DNA from: Myxococcota bacterium
Lineage (GTDB): Bacteria; Myxococcota_A; UBA9160; UBA4427
Length of the DNA: 64,000 nt
Assembly (NCBI GenBank): GCA_041440805.1
Contig: JASDVF010000016.1
Span: forward strand, 7,138-71,137
Direction: 5' to 3'
Shown here: one piece after another, positions 18,601 to 26,605 of the stretch
Numbering within the stretch: the stretch's first letter is position 1
Layout of the letters: the number at the start of each line of letters is the position of its first letter
Program-made: the position numbers and the translations under genes
Notes under the pieces: model-generated
The model's database searches: none
What the model saw: only the letters and a program-made list of their open reading frames with translations
Told to the model about the DNA's origin: nothing

Positions 18601-19947
18601 CTAACAGGGCTCGCCGACCTTTTCCATCCACGACTTGTAGTCTACGAAGCCCGCATCTTGATGAAGCTTTGCGACGCGTGCTTCGAGGGCCTTAGCGGTC
18701 TCTGCGCTTGGCGATTCCGCTTTGCCCAAGCTGGCGAGGACATCGTTTGCGGTTTCTGCCGCACCGGTACTCGCGGTGACGGCCTCTGCGGCTTCGCCGC
18801 GATCGCCTTCGCCGATCCCGAGGTAGGCCTCAATCGCGGATTGGCTGACCTGCGTCGCGTGCTTTCGCGAGGCGACGATATTGCCCTTGCCCGTCACGAC
18901 GTTGCCGACGGAAAAAACCGTCGGATAGCCGTCGAGTCGGCCGATGTCCCAATCCTTGAAGTCGAAGAGTTCGCCGTTCATGTCGATGCCGGGGATCGCT
19001 TCGGGAATTGATCCGATCGAGCTGATGATGGCCGAGCCGCGCACTTCATAGGTCTCGTCGAGCTTAACGACGCGGCCGTTCTCAATCTTGGTGCGCCGGA
19101 AAACGATGCCGACAAGTCGGTCGTTTTCGACGATCAACCCGTCGGGTGCGGAGAGAGGCTCGACCTTGAAGAGGTATTTGCTCGTGCTCTTTTCGAGCAT
19201 GCGCTTACGGCCGGCTTCGACCTTCGCGAGCCTTGCTTCGTCCGCGCCCTCGGGCGCGCTCATGAGCGGCATGTCTTCGACACGTCGTCGGTAGTAAATA
19301 GTAGGCGGCGTGATGCCGAGTTCGTCCCAGCTGATGCCGTGCTTTTCGAGGATCTTGGGGATGCCCTTGATTTCGAGTTCCTCGACGTCGGTTTCGATCC
19401 CACGCTCAGTCAAGACCTCGACCGTTCTTTGCAGCGTGTGGATCTTCGCGACGTCGATGGATGCTAGGCCGCCGCCTAATATGATTGCGCCATCGTGGAT
19501 TTCGTAGCTGGCATCAGGCATGTCGCCGCGTTCTTGATGGTTGAACGCAATCACGAAGGGGTTCTGGTAAACGAGGCCCTTGCCCTTGTATTCATCCGCG
19601 CCGTCGACGGGAACCGGGCGATCGCGCCAGGCGCCATTCGCGAGGACGACAGCCGAAAAGCCCCAATCGTTCACGAGCTCTTTAAAGTCGGCTTCGCGGC
19701 CGATCTTCGTGTTGGGAATGAAAGTCACGCCGGGTTTGGTGAGCTTCCCGTCGATGGTTTTATACTCCTTGTTCCGGAGCGCTTCGTGCCATCGCGGCAG
19801 CCCATCTTCGATTTTTCCGTACGGCCTCTTGTTCTGCTCGAACACGAAAACCGATACGCCTCGCTCAGCGAGCCGACTGGCGACTTCTGCGCCTGCCGTG
19901 GCTCCACCAATTACCGCTACAAAATGCCCCGCATCGTCGTTTGCCAT
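18601..19947 (-). CDS. FAD/NAD(P)-dependent oxidoreductase (adrenodoxin-reductase / glutamate-synthase small-chain-like)
   Basis: N-terminal Rossmann motif VAVIGGATAGAEVASRLAERG...VFE and a second dinucleotide fold, ILGGGLASIDVA. Confidence 0.7.
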   Translation of the reverse strand: MANDDAGHFVAVIGGATAGAEVASRLAERGVSVFVFEQNKRPYGKIEDGLPRWHEALRNKEYKTIDGKLTKPGVTFIPNTKIGREADFKELVNDWGFSAVVLANGAWRDRPVPVDGADEYKGKGLVYQNPFVIAFNHQERGDMPDASYEIHDGAIILGGGLASIDVAKIHTLQRTVEVLTERGIETDVEELEIKGIPKILEKHGISWDELGITPPTIYYRRRVEDMPLMSAPEGADEARLAKVEAGRKRMLEKSTSKYLFKVEPLSAPDGLIVENDRLVGIVFRRTKIENGRVVKLDETYEVRGSAIISSIGSIPEAIPGIDMNGELFDFKDWDIGRLDGYPTVFSVGNVVTGKGNIVASRKHATQVSQSAIEAYLGIGEGDRGEAAEAVTASTGAAETANDVLASLGKAESPSAETAKALEARVAKLHQDAGFVDYKSWMEKVGEPC

Positions 19948-20037
19948 GGCGCGAATATTCGCAGCTCGCCGCGTCCGCGCAATGGCGGAGAAGCGAGCTG
20001 CTCGCTTATGCCGACAACGCGGTAGACTCTTGGGCGA

Positions 20038-20113
20038 GGGCCTGTAGCTCAGTGGTTAGAGCAACCGGCTCATAACCGGACGGTCCCTGGTTCAAGTCCA
20101 GGCAGGCCCACCA
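20038..20113 (+). tRNA. tRNA with CAU anticodon and encoded CCA. It is not an initiator. It is either elongator Met or a lysidine-type Ile2.
   Basis: Cloverleaf read by eye: acceptor GGGCCTG/CAGGCCC, D-arm TAGCTCAGTGGTTAGAGCA, anticodon loop CTCATAA, T-arm CCTGGTTCAAGTCCAGG. The 1-72 pair is G-C, which excludes fMet. Confidence 0.88.
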
Positions 20114-20266
20114 CCCTCAAAGCGTTCCGCCCGCTCTCCCCACTCCATACGAAGTTCGGTCGTCGCTAATTCCCCGACCTCCGAGGCGACCCGAAACGCC
20201 GTGGTCGCACCCCGCGTCGGCTCATCCTCCAGAGCCTTGCGCCCCGGCGTGCTTTGCCCGCCGAGC

Positions 20267-20299
20267 AAAAAAAACCCATCCCCGAAAACGGGAATGGGT
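20267..20299 (-). terminator. Rho-independent terminator (minus strand), downstream of the DUF2846 lipoprotein gene
   Basis: On the minus strand, hairpin CCCATTCCCG-TTTT-CGGGGATGGG is followed by an 8-nt T run. Confidence 0.6.
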
Positions 20300-20485
20300 C
20301 TTTGGGACAAGACAATGTGCGTAGTGCTCGTCCCGCACTCATACTCTAGGAAGAATGGGCTCCCGGTTGCGGCCTAAAGAGCCCGTCAGCACGCTATCAC
20401 AGCGATCTAAAACCACAACAAATACGGGGAGCTGTCCCGTAAGTTGCGGATAACTTACGAGAATTTGGAGGATTCCGGTGCTGCT

Positions 20486-21055
20486 CTAGCGCTCGGTTTT
20501 CGGTGGGCGGGTCGTGCCGACCAACTCTCGAAGAGCTGCTTCTTCGCCTTGGACCTGGAAGTAGACGTTTTCGCTCGCGGAGCCGCCGGTCCGTCCCGCG
20601 ATATCGAGTGCGCCGGCACCTGGCTGTTCGTGACCTTCCAGGCGAACGGAAAGCTGGATATAGAGCGTCTTGCCGGGCTCGAGCCGGATCGTCTTTTCAT
20701 TCCATCCCCAGGCGGTGAGCCCAAAACCCCGAAGGCCGGCTCGGAGTCGATGGACTCCGGACGCCATTTCGGTTGTTTCGTACTCGCCATCGCGAAGGTC
20801 GCCGAGAAGTCGACCGTCGATCGACGCGCGAACTCTCGATAGCGAAGAGCGTGTATCGGCGCGGTAGACGTAGACTCGGGAACGATGGGCTGGCGGGGGA
20901 TCGGATTTGGCGAAGGCCGGCCCTAGCGGCGCGGCTGCGCAGCCGGCGAAGAGACTCGCGCCGAGAATCAAGCTGAGCAACGTCAGCCAATGGAAGCTCC
21001 TGCCAAGGCGAGACTGCCCTCCAGCTCGAGCGGGATTGAGAATTGCGTGGTTCAT
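20486..21055 (-). CDS. DUF2846-like lipoprotein
   Basis: Start at MNHAILN (ATG at 21055). Signal peptide with LFAGC lipobox. The RVYVYR...IDGRLLGDLRDGEY...GVHRL pattern resembles DUF2846. Confidence 0.55.
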   Translation of the reverse strand: MNHAILNPARAGGQSRLGRSFHWLTLLSLILGASLFAGCAAAPLGPAFAKSDPPPAHRSRVYVYRADTRSSLSRVRASIDGRLLGDLRDGEYETTEMASGVHRLRAGLRGFGLTAWGWNEKTIRLEPGKTLYIQLSVRLEGHEQPGAGALDIAGRTGGSASENVYFQVQGEEAALRELVGTTRPPKTER

Positions 21056-21320
21056 CGTATCCCCCGATGCGCCCGCCGAGGAGTTGAAGGCGAGTCGCGT
21101 GGAGGAGGGTAGCGAGGCTAGGGAGTTTCCCCGTGGGCCCATAAGTGAATGGAAAGACACGAAATCTCGCGGGGTGCGGCTACGCTAAGCTGCCCTCGGT
21201 GCCAGGCGAGGGCCCCTGATTCGGGGCGCCGGCCGCAGACCATGGGGTCGGCGGCGCGACTCGGACGGTGCGAAACAGGGGCGCCCAGCCGAGGCGCTTC
21301 GAAGAGATGTCTACGAGAGC

Positions 21321-22394
21321 ATGCGCAAGGACAAGGACCGCTATTGGGATTGCCTGGATCAGGCAATGGAAGCCTCGCATGGGGGGCGGATGGAGGAGGC
21401 ACTTGCCTGGCTCGACGAAGCGCTGCGCGTCCATCCCGATGGAGCCGAGGCCCACAACGGTCGCGGCGAAATTCTCTGGGATGATGGCCGGGTCGACGAA
21501 GGGCTGATCGAATTCGATCGCGCAGTTCTCGCCGACGCCAAATTCACGGCCGCGCATCTCAATCGGATCGAATTGTTGATCGAGGAATTCGGCGAGTTCG
21601 TGACCGCGGTCCGGCTCGCTGACGAATTGCTCTCCGGGACGCCCGCGCTCCCGCGCCCTGACCGTGTCCTTCAGGCCGAGGTCTACTACCTAAAGAGCAA
21701 GGCACTCTTCTACCAGGATGATCTCGAGGGTTCGCTCTTTTTGGTGAGGCGCGCCGCGAAAGCTGGCGGCGAACTCGGCCTCTATTATGCGTTCGAAGGT
21801 CAGGTGTTATTCGAACTCGGAAACTACCAGGAATCCCGTCGCGTATTGGAGCGGGGCGTTGCGGTCGACCCGGATGCCGCTCATACCGTCTACCACTTGG
21901 GGTTGGTGCTCGAACGCCTAGAGGCTGAATGCGAAGAGGACGGTTCTCCCGGCGTGGGAATCGAAAACTCGGAAGCAGCGTTTGCGAGGGCGAATTCGCT
22001 TGAACCGCAGCAATTCCCGCTGCCGGTCACTATCGATGATGCGGCGTTCACTCGTGCGGTCGATGCTTCAGTTGCCAACCTTCCCCGTTCGATTCGCGAG
22101 CACATAGAAGGTGTGAGCGTGCTTGTCGAGGATTTCCCGACGGTCGAACTCGTGCGCGACGAACGACTCTCGCCTCAGACCCTCGGACTCTTCATGGGCG
22201 TCGCGCGGACTGAAGCGCTGCTCACAGATCAGCCCCTCGATCTCGATCGGATTCTTCTATACAAGCGGAATCTCGAGAAGATCTGTCGTGACGAAGAGGA
22301 TTTGATCGACCAAATCCAGATCACCGTTAGGCACGAAGTTGGCCACTACCTGGGTCTCGACGAGGATGACCTCGAGCGACTCGGGCTCGCTTGA
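21321..22394 (+). CDS. TPR-repeat protein fused to a C-terminal minimal zincin metallopeptidase domain (Zincin_1/DUF1025-like)
   Basis: N-terminal TPR-like helices (AEAHNGRGEILWDDGRVDEGLIEFDRAV...). The C-terminus ITVRHEVGHYLGLDEDDLERLGL carries an HExxH motif. Confidence 0.65.
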   Translation: MRKDKDRYWDCLDQAMEASHGGRMEEALAWLDEALRVHPDGAEAHNGRGEILWDDGRVDEGLIEFDRAVLADAKFTAAHLNRIELLIEEFGEFVTAVRLADELLSGTPALPRPDRVLQAEVYYLKSKALFYQDDLEGSLFLVRRAAKAGGELGLYYAFEGQVLFELGNYQESRRVLERGVAVDPDAAHTVYHLGLVLERLEAECEEDGSPGVGIENSEAAFARANSLEPQQFPLPVTIDDAAFTRAVDASVANLPRSIREHIEGVSVLVEDFPTVELVRDERLSPQTLGLFMGVARTEALLTDQPLDLDRILLYKRNLEKICRDEEDLIDQIQITVRHEVGHYLGLDEDDLERLGLA

Positions 22395-22406
22395 GTTAGA
22401 TAGCCC

Positions 22407-23972
22407 ATGCCAGAACGAGAGAAGCCATCAATGCCGCATTCGGAGTCGAACCCCGGCGCCGCGTCCTCGTCAGAATCGTTGCTAGGCGGTCGCCCTTCGG
22501 CAGAATCGTGCGAAGCGACGGCTCGGCCCACGAGCGCGCCCGTCGAGCTGATTGGACGTCTTCAAGCGATCGTCGGACGCGAGAATTGCCTGGCGCGAAG
22601 CGGCGAGCTCTTCGCCTATGAGTGCGACGGACTGACGTTAGAGCCGCGTCGTCCTCTGGCCGTGGTGCTCCCCGAGACGACTGAAGAAGTGGCCAGAGTC
22701 GTTCTCGCGTGTCGTGAGTTCGATATTCATTTCGTGCCGCGGGGTGCCGGAACAGGACTCTCCGGGGGCGCGCATGCGACCGCTGGTTCGGTCCTGATCG
22801 AATGCTCCCGGATGACCCGTGTGCTTGCGGTGGACGCCGAAGATCGCTTCGCGATCGTGCAGCCCGGGGTCGTGAACGCGGAACTGTCTACCGCGATTCG
22901 CCATTTGGGACTCTTCTACGCGCCGGACCCTTCGAGCCAACAAGCCTGCACGATCGGAGGCAACGTTGCCGAAAATTCTGGCGGACCTCATACCCTGAAA
23001 TACGGGACGACGACGAATCATATCTTAGCCCTCGAAGTTGTTATGCCAGACGGGAGTGTTCAGCGTCTTGGGAATCAAACTGGGGAAATGCCTGGTCCGG
23101 ACCTGGTGGGTGCTTTCGTGGGAAGTGAGGGAACCCTGGGGATTGTTACGGAAATCACGGTCCGCCTCACGCCGATTCCCGAAGCCATCGAGACGATGCT
23201 TGCGATCTTTGATGACGTTGTGCCGGCCTGCCGTGCGGTGGGTCGCGTGATTCGCTCGGGTGTCGTGCCGGCGGCGATGGAAATTGTAGATCGTCGAACG
23301 ATCGAAGCGGTCGAAGCCAGTGTCTATAGGGCGGGACTCCCAAAGGATGCGGGCGCCGTTTTGATTGTGGAGCTCGATGGCTCGCCAGTTTGTATGGAAG
23401 GCGAAATTCGGACGATCCGTGAGGCGTGTAACGCTGAAGGCTGCCAGGCGATCGAACTCGCGCGAGACGAAGAGGAACGGCTTCGCTTCTGGCGCGCACG
23501 GAAGGGCGCTTTTGGTGCGATGGGTCGGCTGGCACCGGATCTCTACGTGCATGACGCCGTCGTGCCGCGCATTCATCTTCCTGCGATTCTCGAGAAGATC
23601 GGGGAAATCTGTGACCGACATCGACTCAAACTCGCGAACGTATTTCACGCCGGCGACGGAAACCTTCATCCAAATATCTGTTTCGATCGTCGAGACGAGG
23701 ACGAACTCGCTCGGGTGATTCAGGCGGGAGAGGAAATTCTCAAAGCCTGCACGGCGGTCGGGGGTGTGATTACTGGAGAGCATGGTGTCGGCGTAGAGAA
23801 ACGCGACTACATGCATCTTGTGTTCAACCCCGAGGATCTCGAGCCAATGTACTGGCTGCGGGAGTCATTCAATCCGGATGGTGTGTGTAATCCGGGCAAG
23901 TTGATTCCGACGACACGATTTTGTGTTGAGTCCAATCCGAAGGCGCGTGGATACGACGAGGTCCCGCTCTAA
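22407..23972 (+). CDS. glcD: Glycolate oxidase subunit GlcD (FAD-linked oxidase)
   Basis: FAD-binding PCMH domain (VPRGAGTGLSGG) and C-terminal TGEHGVGVEKRDYM. Followed by glcE and glcF. Confidence 0.85.
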   Translation: MPEREKPSMPHSESNPGAASSSESLLGGRPSAESCEATARPTSAPVELIGRLQAIVGRENCLARSGELFAYECDGLTLEPRRPLAVVLPETTEEVARVVLACREFDIHFVPRGAGTGLSGGAHATAGSVLIECSRMTRVLAVDAEDRFAIVQPGVVNAELSTAIRHLGLFYAPDPSSQQACTIGGNVAENSGGPHTLKYGTTTNHILALEVVMPDGSVQRLGNQTGEMPGPDLVGAFVGSEGTLGIVTEITVRLTPIPEAIETMLAIFDDVVPACRAVGRVIRSGVVPAAMEIVDRRTIEAVEASVYRAGLPKDAGAVLIVELDGSPVCMEGEIRTIREACNAEGCQAIELARDEEERLRFWRARKGAFGAMGRLAPDLYVHDAVVPRIHLPAILEKIGEICDRHRLKLANVFHAGDGNLHPNICFDRRDEDELARVIQAGEEILKACTAVGGVITGEHGVGVEKRDYMHLVFNPEDLEPMYWLRESFNPDGVCNPGKLIPTTRFCVESNPKARGYDEVPL

Positions 23973-25243
23973 TGGGCGCGACGGGCGCGAGTGGCGCGGC
24001 AATTTCGGCTTTGGCCTCCGAGTCGTCGATCGAAGTTCGTGAAGAGCGGGTATCTGTGCCCGGTGGGGCCGTCGATCGCGTATGTGAACCACGAAATGTG
24101 GGAGAGCTTGAAGCGATCGTTCGTGCCGCTGGAATCGATCGGGAAGGGCTGCTCGTGATGGGTGGGCGAACGCGTCTGCATTGGGCGAATCGTGCAAAGG
24201 CTTTGGGGCTTGGCATTTCGATGTCGGGAATCTCCGGCGTAGATGAATTTGAGCCGGAGGAGGGCGTCCTGCACGCGCTTGCCGGAACGCCAGTTCAGGA
24301 GATTCGAGAGGTTGCTGCGAAGGAAGGTTGGGAGCTGCCGCTTGATTCTCCGGGGCAGTTGTCCACGTTAGGTGGCACGATTGCAAGTGCCGCCGGCGGC
24401 CCTCGTGCGCATCTCTTCGGACCGGTAAAGGATGCGGTGCTTGGCCTCGAAGTAGTCGGTGGGGATGGCGTTGCGACAAAATGCGGTGGCCGAGTCGTGA
24501 AGAACGTCACGGGCTACGACATGGCGAAGCTCTACTGTGGCTCCTACGGAAGTCTTGCCATCGTAACCGGGGCCTGGCTTCGACTTCGGCCGGCTCCTGC
24601 GAAGCGAATCACGCTGCGCGCGAGATCTTCGAACGACAAAGAGCGTTTCGAAGCAATTAGGGCCTTGTCGCAGCTAACAAGTGTGCGGGCCCTGATTTGG
24701 TCCTCGACACGGGCTGTTGAGAAGAGTGAGATTACGGTCGAGCTCGGCGGTAGTGCAGAAGGCGTTGAGCACGACCGGGCGAAGTTTAATGAATACATTC
24801 CCTTTGACGAAATCGCCGAGGACACCGTCGATCATCTTCGGGAGGAGCGGAGTCGCACGGATTTTCCGCTCGCACTGCGTGCTCGAGTGTTAGGCACGCG
24901 TTGCCACGAAATGATGGAAGTAGTTCTCGATGCTGGTCTTCGGGTTTCTGCGGATCCCGGGACGGGGACCATACATGCCAGCGGATCTCTACCGGATCCC
25001 TCGCTCCTAGCCTTGCTGCGAGAGCGGGCAGAGCTAGCGGGCGGATTTGCACAGATCGAAACTCTTCCCGATGAATGGCGAGACACGCTCGATGTCTTCG
25101 GTTCGCTTGGCGGCACGGCGTCGATCGTGTCGACCTTGAAGCGCCGCTTTGACCCGGCCGGCATTCTTAACCCGGGACGCTTCGTCGCGCTGGGGCCGTC
25201 GGCTGACGATGCCCAGGCCGCTTTGCAAGGGGGCCTCACGTGA
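23972..25243 (+). CDS. glcE: Glycolate oxidase FAD-binding subunit GlcE
   Basis: FAD_binding_4-like region (VKNVTGYDMAKLYCGSYGSLAIVT) and C-terminal FDPAGILNPGRF. The TAATG junction overlaps glcD. Confidence 0.8.
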   Translation: MGATGASGAAISALASESSIEVREERVSVPGGAVDRVCEPRNVGELEAIVRAAGIDREGLLVMGGRTRLHWANRAKALGLGISMSGISGVDEFEPEEGVLHALAGTPVQEIREVAAKEGWELPLDSPGQLSTLGGTIASAAGGPRAHLFGPVKDAVLGLEVVGGDGVATKCGGRVVKNVTGYDMAKLYCGSYGSLAIVTGAWLRLRPAPAKRITLRARSSNDKERFEAIRALSQLTSVRALIWSSTRAVEKSEITVELGGSAEGVEHDRAKFNEYIPFDEIAEDTVDHLREERSRTDFPLALRARVLGTRCHEMMEVVLDAGLRVSADPGTGTIHASGSLPDPSLLALLRERAELAGGFAQIETLPDEWRDTLDVFGSLGGTASIVSTLKRRFDPAGILNPGRFVALGPSADDAQAALQGGLT

Positions 25244-26544
25244 GTGCCGATTCATCGAATAGTTCTGGCGGTGCGCCGTCCCTCGCGTCACTGCTCGACC
25301 GATCTCTATACACGGACACGCTTGATTGCGTGCATTGCGGGCTCTGCCTAACAAGTTGTCCGACCTACCGTGCAACTGGGCGCGAGACCGCTTCTCCGAG
25401 GGGCCGGATCTACTTAATGCGCGGACTGGCGGAGGGTCGGCTCGAGGACACCGAAGTTTTGGAGGAAGAGGCTTTCCTGTGTCTGGGCTGCCGCGCTTGC
25501 GAGAGTGCCTGCCCGAGCGGTGTTCACTACGGCGAGATGCTCGAAAATGCCCGAGACGCGATTCGGACTGAGCAGGCAAGGGAAGGTCGACTTCCGTTAG
25601 CTGCGAAGATTGAACGATTCGCCCTCCGAGAAATTGTGCCACGGGCCGGGCGCCTAAGCTTCGTCGTGTCCCTGCTAGGCATCGCGCAAACGCTGCGACT
25701 CGATCGACTGATGATGAAAGTGGTGCCTGCCCGTTTGGCGGAAATGATGGCGCTCGCGCCGTTGGTGCCCGCGGCCAAGGAGCGCCGCGCCATGCCGCCG
25801 CTCACGTCTGCTGTCGGTGAACGTAAGGGCCGCGTTGCGCTGTTTGAGGGTTGTATCATGTCCGAATTCTTTGGGCGCGTGAACGACGCAACCCGACTGG
25901 TGCTCTCACGCGCCGGCTACGAAGTCATCGTTCCCGAGGCGCAGGGATGCTGCGGCGCGCTGCAAGCGCATAGCGGCGACTTGAATTTTGCCCACGATCT
26001 CGCCCGCGAAAACGTGCGGGCCTTCGAAGACGAGTTGCGCGATCTCGACGCGGTCATAGTGACTTCAGCCGGATGCAGCGCGGCGCTACGCGACGGCGAA
26101 GCCTGGCTCGGAGAATCCGGTGCAAAGCTGGCGGGCGGGGTGCGAGACATTCTCGAGTTCTTGGATGAAGTCGATTTAGATCTCGAGTTCAAGCCGCTCG
26201 CGAAGCGCGTTTGCTACGACGATCCTTGCCACTTGATTCACGCGCAGGGAATTGCTTCGGCTCCGCGGCGTTTGTTGAACAAAATTCCGAAGCTCGAACT
26301 CGTTTCCCACGCAAACCCGGAAGCTTGCTGCGGAGCGGCTGGGATCTACAATCTTACGCAGCCCGAGATGTCAAAGCGGGTGCTTTCGCCGAAGGTGGAG
26401 TCGCTTGCGGCAGCGAAGCCTGAGATCGTTGCGACCGCGAATCCGGGATGCGCCATGCAGATCGCTTCGGGACTCGAAGAGGCCGGCGTGAATGCATCCG
26501 TGGTTCATCCGATTGAGCTAATCGAGCAGGCAACTCGGCCTTAG
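25240..26544 (+). CDS. glcF: Glycolate oxidase iron-sulfur subunit GlcF
   Basis: Two 4Fe-4S motifs (CVHCGLCLTSCPTY, CLGCRACESACPSGV) plus two CCG domains (GCCGA, ACCGAAG). GTGA overlap with glcE. Confidence 0.88.
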   Translation: MSADSSNSSGGAPSLASLLDRSLYTDTLDCVHCGLCLTSCPTYRATGRETASPRGRIYLMRGLAEGRLEDTEVLEEEAFLCLGCRACESACPSGVHYGEMLENARDAIRTEQAREGRLPLAAKIERFALREIVPRAGRLSFVVSLLGIAQTLRLDRLMMKVVPARLAEMMALAPLVPAAKERRAMPPLTSAVGERKGRVALFEGCIMSEFFGRVNDATRLVLSRAGYEVIVPEAQGCCGALQAHSGDLNFAHDLARENVRAFEDELRDLDAVIVTSAGCSAALRDGEAWLGESGAKLAGGVRDILEFLDEVDLDLEFKPLAKRVCYDDPCHLIHAQGIASAPRRLLNKIPKLELVSHANPEACCGAAGIYNLTQPEMSKRVLSPKVESLAAAKPEIVATANPGCAMQIASGLEEAGVNASVVHPIELIEQATRP

Positions 26545-26605
26545 CCGTCCCCTAAGCGCCCTTTGCGGCCTCGCCTCGCCTCGCCAGCAAACTCGTGCCT
26601 CGCCC

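Noticed and set aside
20114-20485. Possible genomic island or integration scar next to the tRNA gene.
   Set aside because: I saw no integrase, no direct repeat of the tRNA 3' end downstream, and no compositional island. The region holds only a minus-strand terminator and the spurious ORF 20092-20310, which overlaps the tRNA.
26545-26605. The short CCTCG x3 tandem (gcctcgcctcgcctcgcc) between the convergent glcF and 806-aa protein genes.
   Set aside because: It is trivial low-complexity sequence in a convergent spacer, with no hairpin or T-tract to call a terminator.
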